In this document: positions 57,684-64,000 of the stretch, piece after piece
Layout: each line of letters opens with the position of its first letter
Numbering within the stretch: position 1 is the first letter of the stretch
From: an uncultured Gemmatimonadales bacterium
Lineage (GTDB): Bacteria; Gemmatimonadota; Gemmatimonadetes; Gemmatimonadales; GWC2-71-9
Assembly (NCBI GenBank): GCA_963833905.1
Contig: CAWHZQ010000009.1
Location: forward strand, 90,292-154,291
Reading direction: 5' to 3'
Length of the DNA stretch: 64,000 nucleotides
The notes under the pieces: generated by a model
Seen by the model: only the letters and a program-made list of their open reading frames with translations
Databases searched by the model: none
Told to the model about the DNA's origin: nothing
Program-made: the position numbers and the translations under genes

Positions 57684-58182
57684 TAGCTGACAATTTGTTC
57701 GGCGACAGCCTCTTTCAGGCCAGCTGCAGCTTGGGCGGCAAGACCACGGTCCACCTCCTGTGAATCTTCAAACACATCCAGCGCATACACTTTGCCCCAG
57801 CGCATGCTGATCACGTGCAACCCGCGGTTGAAATAGGAAGCATCGCCGTTGAGCAGCGTTGCGGTGGCGTCCCACTGCACAAACACGGTGGTATTCCATG
57901 GCCAGCCGGTCACGCGCGGCCGAGGCGCTCCAGCCAACGGCGCATGGCTTCCTTATCGTGGCGCTCACCACCGATCGAGTGGGAGCCGCCAAAGCGATGA
58001 TGGACGTTCGGCGCTACGGGTTTGAGCAGCTGTCCCAGCGATGGTTGTTGACGTGGTCGAAGCTCTGTCAGGACCTCCTTCGGATCATGCGGCGGGAGTC
58101 GCCCCCAAGATGGTCTCCGGTACCAGCTACGTCGAGCCCAGGCCTCGCGGGCCACCGCTTTGTCGAAATCGGGCGCCCTCAT
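57683..58182 (-). CDS. NTF2/SnoaL-like protein, 1 apparent frameshift
   Basis: NVHHRFGGSHSIGGERHDKEAMRRWLERL (ORF 57910-58182), then TGWPWNTTVFVQWDATATLLNG...HVISMRWGKVYALDVFEDSQ (ORF 57683-57937). Confidence 0.6.
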
Positions 58183-58208
58183 TCGTCAATCCATTGACAC
58201 TATGAAAG

Positions 58209-58634
58209 GTGGACCCGATGCTGGTTGCGACGGACAATCTGGCCCTGGTGAAGGGCATCCTGGACCGGATGCTCGCGTCAGGAGACATTCAGCCCCTGCT
58301 GGACGGCCTCGCCGATGATGTCACGTTCACGGTGGCCCCGCCCCATGGAAGCCCTGACCCGTACCAGGGGACCGGCAAGGCCGCTGTCCTCGACTACTTC
58401 GTGGCGCTGGGCGACCTGGTCACCTTCTGGCGAGTGCGGTATTCCTGGGGTGGCGCGCGCGTCGTCGTCCGGGTCGAGGAGAGCTTCACCATCGAGCCCG
58501 GCGGTCTCGCGGCCCACAGCGAGCTCGCCCTGCTCTTTGAGCTCCGCGATGGGTTGATCACCCGGCTGCTCGTCGTCGAGGATCCACCCGTGGCCGGGTC
58601 GCTGCCGCGCCGCCGCTGCCGCACGGCCTTCTAG
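58209..58634 (+). CDS. NTF2/SnoaL-like hypothetical protein
   Basis: Intact 141-aa ORF (GTG 58209 or ATG 58218) with GDIQPLLDGLADDVTFTV and ALLFELRDGLITRLLVVED. Confidence 0.5.
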   Translation: MDPMLVATDNLALVKGILDRMLASGDIQPLLDGLADDVTFTVAPPHGSPDPYQGTGKAAVLDYFVALGDLVTFWRVRYSWGGARVVVRVEESFTIEPGGLAAHSELALLFELRDGLITRLLVVEDPPVAGSLPRRRCRTAF

Positions 58635-58799
58635 ACCCTCGCCCCGTTTACATCGCGATCCCTTTCCGGTGGCGGTCGTGGATCGCGGGCGCCCCAGGAG
58701 CAAGCAGCGCCGCGCGGATCCTGAGCCGCCGCCGATGTCGCCGGTGGCAGGCACCGGTGCCGGCGCTGCGAGGAGCGCGCTATGCGTGAAGGAAAAAGG

Positions 58800-59390
58800 A
58801 AACCGCGGATCGGCAGATGGGCCGCGTGTTTAGACGCGGTGTTCACGTGATCCGTGACCATCACGGTACTGGAGCTCAGCGCCCAGATGACCGGCATTCT
58901 CGGCGCTCTGGCCTCTATGGCCCACGGCACTCAGCTATGCGGTGAGCTACCTGTTCATCGCCATCATCTGGATGACACCATTACCTCCATCGCGGCTAGT
59001 GGGTCCTCCGACGCTGAGATTGCTGTGGATGAACTTCGTCCATCTCTTTTTGGTGTCGCTCCTGCCGTTTGCGACGGCGTGGATTGCGCGCACCGGCTCG
59101 CCTCGCCCCCCGGTGGCGTTTTACGCCGGGCTGTTCGTGTGCATCGATATGCCTACAACGTGTTCGAGCGCGAAGTATTGCGCCGCGAGCGCCACGGCAC
59201 GCTAATCTACCGAGCGTCGCGCGCACTTGGCACGAGACGCCGATCACCGTGGTCCTGGCAATGTTCACGACCGCCACACTTGGTGGCGCTGGTCGCGCCG
59301 CGGCGCTTCGGCCTCGAGGGGCTCCATGCGGCGCCCTGATCCTCCACTTGCGGCCGGACGTCTCCGGCAGAGTCCGCCGTGACTTCTCAG
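58800..59390 (+). pseudogene. TMEM175/DUF1211-like potassium-channel gene, degraded (in-frame stop and 3 or more frameshifts)
   Basis: LDAVFT-stop, TITVLELSA, YLFIAIIWM, LLWMNFVHLFLVSLLPFATAWIAR, VAFYAGLFVCID and YNVFEREVLRRE lie collinear in three frames (ORFs 58854-59339 and 58942-59205). Confidence 0.5.
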
Positions 59391-59764
59391 CTCCGAGGCT
59401 GGAACAACTCCACCGGGTTGCCCGACGGGTCATCGAGAATGACCTGTGCGCCGCCTGGCCCGGTTACGATATCATTCGTGCGGAAGGAGACCCCCGCCGC
59501 ACGCAGCCGCGCAATTTCCGCAGCGAGATCGGCTACCTCGAGGTGCACTCGGTTCCAGCCGCCCGGTACCTGGCGGCGACCGTCTGCCAGCGGACGCTTC
59601 CCCGAGCTGCCGTCACCACTGAGCAGGAGGCGCACGCCGTCCCGTACGACCGACGCGAAGGCCGGCGAGGCGTCCTGCTCCAAGGTGAAACCGAGGAGCG
59701 TCGTATAAAAACCCAAGGCAGCCGGAACGTCATCAATCATGTAGCGCACACTGACCCTGGACAT
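59387..59764 (-). CDS. Glyoxalase/VOC-family protein
   Basis: ORF 59387-59791 from MSRVSVRYMIDDVPAALGFYTTLLGF, plus NRVHLEVADL and ILDDPSGNPVELFQP. Confidence 0.75.
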   Translation of the reverse strand: MSRVSVRYMIDDVPAALGFYTTLLGFTLEQDASPAFASVVRDGVRLLLSGDGSSGKRPLADGRRQVPGGWNRVHLEVADLAAEIARLRAAGVSFRTNDIVTGPGGAQVILDDPSGNPVELFQPRS

Positions 59765-59851
59765 CGTATTTCCTCCAGCATGATGGCCCACCGCTGAAAA
59801 CCTTCGTCGCTTACTTGACGATGTAGAAGCGAAGATGCGTTCGGTGACTGC

Positions 59852-60363
59852 TTACAGCCAGCGACGCACAGAAGCCCTGACAGCTCCGCAGTGCCCGAGC
59901 GGGAGGCGGGTCTCCGGTATGGCTCCTCTCGGGGATAACCACGAACGACATCAGCTGCCACCGCTGGAATGAGGGTGACGAGTAGCCAGAGACTGTTGAC
60001 CAGCATGCGACACCGAGCTGGAGCAGCGAGAAGGACAGATAGATGTGATTGCGGCTGCAACGATAGGGCCCCGTCCGCAAGATCGTGATGGAGGCGTGAT
60101 TGCCGCGGAACGGGCGTGCCCGCGTTCGAAACGTGCTCACAGCATGCGGAACAGAGCGACGTCACCAGCACTGCATTGCCGCCGAGTGGCACGCTCACGG
60201 CACGAGACACGAGCCGAACTGGCCACGCGAAATGCAGCAACAGGCCCAGGACGATCGCGCACAGGTAGACAAAAGGTGGCCGCACGATCCCGAGGTACGC
60301 GACTTCCGGCACCATGCCTGTCTCCGCTTTCTCGCTGCGCTCATCGCTTGGCATGCGGTCCAC
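59852..60363 (-). pseudogene. Isoprenylcysteine carboxyl / phospholipid methyltransferase-family membrane protein, 2 or more frameshifts
   Basis: N-terminal TM part (ORF 59737-60363), ILRTGPYRCSRNHIYLSFSLLQLG (ORF 59811-60140), and a C-terminal REEPY...VRRWL-stop in a third frame (TAA 59852-59854). Confidence 0.5.
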
Positions 60364-60626
60364 TCAATGTGTGGCGGCCGCACTGCAGGCTGGCGACATC
60401 CATGGGTCCGCTCCAACGGCGAAGCTTAACTCAGCCTGAGTCGGCGGAGCGGCGAGACTGGACCATGATCACATGGGTCCCCCCGTGCAATGAGGACGGA
60501 TGATCGCGACCCGAGCGCGACGGCCTGAGCATTCCCGGGGGCGTCCGCGCGTCACCGGAGCTGCGATGGGCGATGCTCCGACGGCCGTCGAGGCGCTAGC
60601 CGAGTAGTCACCGGGGAGCGAGGGGA

Positions 60627-61455
60627 ATGGAGCCGATCGACACTGTGGTACGAAGGGGCCGGCGGGACGCGACTCTACTGCCGGAGCTGGCCGCTGGCGG
60701 CGCCGCGGGCGGCGCTGATCGCGCTGCACGGGCTGGGCGACCACTCCGGGCTCTACCCCATGATCGGCGAGACGCTCGCGCGCCGGGGCATCGCCGTCCT
60801 CACGCCGGATCTGCGGGGCAACGGCCGCTCGCCCGGGCAGCGCGGATACATCGACGCCTGGGGCGACCTGCGCGAGGACCTCGGCCGCCTGGTCGAGCGC
60901 ACGCGGGCGGAGGCGCCCGGGCGTCCACTCTACCTGCTCGGCATGAGCCTCGGCGGGCTGGTCGTGCTCGACTATGCGCTCCACCATCCCGACGGGCTTC
61001 GCGGCGTCATCGCGCTCTCGCCCCCGCTGGGCGCGCTCGGCGTGCCCGCGCCGCTCCTGGCGCTGGGGCGGGTGCTGTCGCGGGTCTGGCCGCGGTTCTC
61101 GCTGGAGACGGGGATGGACCTGACCGGGCTCTCGCGCGACCCGGCGGTCGTCGAGCGGGTGCTGGCGGATTCGCTGTATCATCGCCGCGGCACCGCCCGG
61201 CTCTCGACCGAGGTCACGGACACGATCGCCCGGCTGCAGGCGGAGGCCGGTCGGTTCGCCGTGCCGCTCCTGGTGCAGCACGGCGCGGCGGACCGGATGG
61301 TGCCGCCGGACGGCAGCCGGCGGTTCGTCGCGCGGGTGGGACATCCGGACCGGCGGCTCATCGAGTACCCGGGCGCGTACCACGCGCTGCTGGCGGATCT
61401 CGACAGCGAGCGGGTGCTCGCGGATCTCGCCGGATGGATGCTCGAGCGACTGTGA
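60627..61455 (+). CDS. Alpha/beta hydrolase (lysophospholipase / monoacylglycerol-lipase-like), 1 apparent frameshift near 60640
   Basis: MEPID, then a frame change to LWYEGAGGTRLYCRSWPL...ALHGLGDHSG, joining ORF 60760-61455 (nucleophile elbow GMSLGG, QHGAADRMVP, YPGAYHAL). Confidence 0.8.
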
Positions 61456-61547
61456 GCAGATCGCCGAGCGACCGCCGGAAGGCAGCAGAGATGCCGACTC
61501 GGCACAGGTGACGTGGCATCTCGCGCGATGGTGCCCGGATTGCTACC

Positions 61548-61976
61548 GTGCAGTCAGTGCTGTCCCACTTCGTGCGCGCCCTGCGCCTGCGCTGCCCGCA
61601 CTGCGGGGGCGGACCGATCTTCACCAGTTGGTCGCGCCTGCTCCCGGTGTGCCCGGTCTGCGGGCTCGGCCTCGAGCGCGGCGAGCGGGGCTACTGGCTC
61701 GGCGCCTACTTCTTCAATCTCATGGCGACGGAAGCGGTCTTCAGCGTCTGGGTGGCGGGCTTCCTGCTCGTGACCTGGCCGAATCCGCCGTGGGGCCTCT
61801 TCCAGATCACCACCATCATCCTGATGGTGGTCTTCCCCTTCGTCTTCTTCCCGTTCTCCAAGACGCTGTTCCTGGCGTTCGACCTGCTCGTGCGGCCGCC
61901 CGAAGCCCATGAATTCGACGCCCCGCACGAGCCGTCCCGCCACCAGCGACGCGACGCTCCGCGGGACTCCGCGTAG
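61548..61976 (+). CDS. DUF983-like zinc-ribbon membrane protein
   Basis: Intact ORF with RCPHCGGGPIF...CPVCGL, followed by two hydrophobic helices. Confidence 0.6.
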   Translation: MQSVLSHFVRALRLRCPHCGGGPIFTSWSRLLPVCPVCGLGLERGERGYWLGAYFFNLMATEAVFSVWVAGFLLVTWPNPPWGLFQITTIILMVVFPFVFFPFSKTLFLAFDLLVRPPEAHEFDAPHEPSRHQRRDAPRDSA

Positions 61977-61979
61977 CCC

Positions 61980-62450
61980 TCAGCGCCCTACGATCACCGG
62001 CGCGTGTTCGGCGAGCCAGTCGTCGGGTCGCGCCACGACCTCCGCGGCCGTCATGCGCCGGGCGGCCGTTCGAACCATGGCGGGATCCTCGGGCAGGGTG
62101 AATCGAAGCAGGTAGAGCGTTTCGCCGGCGTTCCGGGCGTGCTCGGCCACGAACGCCGCCAGCGCGCGCGGCCAGCCGCCGGGCGGCGCCGGGACCTGGG
62201 CGCCGCGGCGATGGCGCTCGAGCCCCGCGATCAGCAGCCCGCGCGCGCCGCCGGCGCGGCGTGACCGGTCGCGATGATGGCGCTCGTCCTGGCGTGGATC
62301 GGAGTGGCGGTGGCGGACGAGGTCGCACGAGCAGGCGCCCACGAGCAGCTCGACGACGGTCCGGGCGGAGGGATGGAGCTGCACCAGCCGGTGGTGCTCG
62401 GCGCGATCGGCCGGCTGGGCCACCAGGCCCGCCGGCAGCATCGCCCGCAC
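61980..62450 (-). CDS. Hypothetical protein
   Basis: 156-aa ORF in a coding-dense region. I do not recognise a family, and it may itself be frameshifted. Confidence 0.25.
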   Translation of the reverse strand: MRAMLPAGLVAQPADRAEHHRLVQLHPSARTVVELLVGACSCDLVRHRHSDPRQDERHHRDRSRRAGGARGLLIAGLERHRRGAQVPAPPGGWPRALAAFVAEHARNAGETLYLLRFTLPEDPAMVRTAARRMTAAEVVARPDDWLAEHAPVIVGR

Positions 62451-62498
62451 TTCACTCAGCGTCAGCGGGCTCGCGGCGACAAGGAGATAGCACAGAGG

Positions 62499-62867
62499 TC
62501 AGATCGGGAGGTCGTCGCGGATCAGGACGAGGATCGCGGCCTGCGGCACCACGAGGTACTTCTTCTCCTCGAAGGAGATCTCGACGGCGGCCTTGCGGAA
62601 GAAGATCGCGTGATCGCCGACGCGCGCCTGCATGCCGCGGTTCTTGCTCTCGCGGGCGTCGATTCTCCACGGCTCCTCGTCGAGCGAGCCGAGGTCGGCG
62701 ATCGGGGTGCCGGGCCCGGTGGCGACGATCAGGCCGGTCTGCACCTGCTGAGCATCGATGGCGGTGGCGGGAAGGTAGAGGCCCACCCGGGTCCGGTCGT
62801 CTCCGTCTTCGACCGTGATCAGCACCCGGTCGCCGACGACGAGCAACTGCTTCCTGGGAAACTCCAT
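62499..62867 (-). CDS. GroES (Cpn10)-family protein, atypical with insertion
   Basis: Intact 122-aa ORF. VGDRVLITVE...GLYLP...QTGLIVATGPG...VGDHAIFFRKAAVEISFEEKKYLVVPQAAILVLI follows the GroES beta-barrel pattern. The start abuts the greA stop (TGAATG). Confidence 0.55.
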   Translation of the reverse strand: MEFPRKQLLVVGDRVLITVEDGDDRTRVGLYLPATAIDAQQVQTGLIVATGPGTPIADLGSLDEEPWRIDARESKNRGMQARVGDHAIFFRKAAVEISFEEKKYLVVPQAAILVLIRDDLPI

Positions 62868-63362
62868 TCAGCGCTCCCCGGAGATGCCGGTCCCTTCGGC
62901 CTGGTGAACGGTCACGAGCTCGAGGATCCGGAGCCGGCGGCTGGAGGCCGGCAGCCGCAGGCTGATCTCGTCGCCCACCCGGCCGTTGGACAGCGCGCGG
63001 CCGAGCGGCGAGGCGAGCGAGATGTGCCCGGCGTCGAAATCCATCATCTCGGCCAGCACTACCATGTAGGTGTCGGTGTCGTTGGAGTCGAGATCGAGCA
63101 CGGTCACGCGCGAGCCGAGGCCCACGCGGTCGGTCGGCGCCTCGGTGTTGGCGAGCTGGCTCAACTGGTTCAGGCGCTGGTGGAGCTGGCCCAGGCGAGC
63201 CTGGACGAACTGCTGGCGCTCGAGCGCCGCCTTGTATTCGGAGTTCTCCCGCAGATCACCCAGCTCGACGGCCTGGGCGATCGCCTGGGGCAGCAGGACA
63301 TTCAATTCGTGGCTGAGCTGATCGATCTCGCCGCTCAGCTTTTCCCGCATCTCACGGATCAT
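62868..63362 (-). CDS. greA: Transcription elongation factor GreA family
   Basis: Intact 164-aa ORF. N-terminal coiled coil with GDLRENSEYKAALERQ, and a C-terminal domain with ISLASPLGRALSNGRVGDEISL. Confidence 0.85.
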   Translation of the reverse strand: MIREMREKLSGEIDQLSHELNVLLPQAIAQAVELGDLRENSEYKAALERQQFVQARLGQLHQRLNQLSQLANTEAPTDRVGLGSRVTVLDLDSNDTDTYMVVLAEMMDFDAGHISLASPLGRALSNGRVGDEISLRLPASSRRLRILELVTVHQAEGTGISGER

Positions 63363-63535
63363 GGTGCGACCAGGGGCGCAAGAGAAAATTCGGCCCCGAG
63401 CCGGGTGGGCTCAGGGCGAGGCAGGGAACCGACTCAGGGAAGATACTACCACGGCGCCCGTCGGGGTAAGCGATGCGAGGTAATGCATTGCTCCGGTGGG
63501 CGTTACGGCATGGGTCTGGGGGTGTATCTTCCAGG

Positions 63536-64000
63536 ATGCCACGCCTTCCGCCCGCCGTACCCTGGTCGCGTCCGCCGCCCTGCTCGCCGCCTGTGCCCGG
63601 TCGCCCGCGACGCCACCCGGCCGCCGGCGCCCGCGGAGGCGTCCGGCGCTTCGACTTCGATCGAGGCGCCGCCCCAGCCGGTGGCCCCCGACGCCCTCGC
63701 GGACTCGGTGCTGGTCGACGTGCGCTCGGCGGACTCGACCATCCAGGTGGATGCCCGGTACGCGACGCCGAACAACTTCACCGGCGCCCCGCTGCCGGGG
63801 TACGAGGCGCCGCGGGCGCTCCTTCGGCGGGAGGTGGCGGCCGCGCTCGCCCGGGTGCAGGCGCGGCTCCGGACCGGGGACATGGGTCTCCGCGTCTTCG
63901 ACGGCTACCGGCCGGTGCGAGCCACGCTGGCGATGGTGGACTGGGCCGAGCGCACGGGGCGCCGGGCGCTGCTGGACAGCGGGTACATCGCCCGGCGCAG
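63536..64000 (+). CDS. D-alanyl-D-alanine dipeptidase (VanX/peptidase M15D)-like lipoprotein, 3' partial, about 2 apparent frameshifts
   Basis: Not in the ORF track because it runs off the window. My own translation gives MPRLP, RRTLVASAALLAACARSP (lipobox), then VLVDVRSADSTIQVDARYATPNNFTGAPLPGYEAPRALL...LRVFDGYRPVRAT. Confidence 0.65.
   Translation, partial: MPRLPPAVPWSRPPPCSPPVPGRPRRHPAAGARGGVRRFDFDRGAAPAGGPRRPRGLGAGRRALGGLDHPGGCPVRDAEQLHRRPAAGVRGAAGAPSAGGGGRARPGAGAAPDRGHGSPRLRRLPAGASHAGDGGLGRAHGAPGAAGQRVHRPAQ

Overview
High-GC (about 70% by eye) bacterial chromosomal window. I found no rRNA, tRNA, CRISPR array, transposase or integrase. Main blocks:

- **1-2.1 kb:** a 5'-partial HAMP-GAF-GGDEF-EAL signalling gene.
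- **2.1-16.9 kb:** a tetrahydromethanopterin (H4MPT)/methanofuran-linked formaldehyde-oxidation island. It carries fae, an MtdA-like dehydrogenase, fhcB-A-D-C, mch and eight cofactor-biosynthesis-type genes. Thirteen genes sit in one tightly overlapping minus-strand operon, which also contains a tandem-EthD lipoprotein.
- **17.3-30.7 kb:** housekeeping and envelope genes, including a DEAH helicase, an Omp85-like barrel, ispH, a CDF transporter and a PQQ-type sugar dehydrogenase.
- **30.7-33.9 kb:** dnaE2, interrupted by three octamer-periodic GC-rich repeat or hairpin insertions.
- **34-44 kb:** a 970-aa BTAD/TPR regulator, small secreted proteins, panE, a Met/His-rich DM13-like protein, tag and VOC/PNPOx-type enzymes.
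- **44.2-52.2 kb:** kdpFABC-kdpDE.
- **53.4-55.8 kb:** an operon of a zinc-ribbon protein, a SplB-like radical-SAM protein and a catalytically degenerate Y-family polymerase (ImuB-like). Its 5' region shares a near-identical GTTC-N7-GTTC-type direct repeat with the dnaE2 5' end, which suggests a split SOS mutagenesis module without a recognisable imuA.
- **55.9-60.5 kb:** a lower-GC accessory patch with several degraded genes.
- **60.6-64 kb:** a lipase-like hydrolase, DUF983, greA with a GroES-like gene, and a partial VanX-like dipeptidase.

Roughly 50 apparent frameshifts are scattered over about 28 genes. From this window alone I cannot tell assembly indels from real pseudogenisation, so gene-level coordinates are better supported than exact reading frames.
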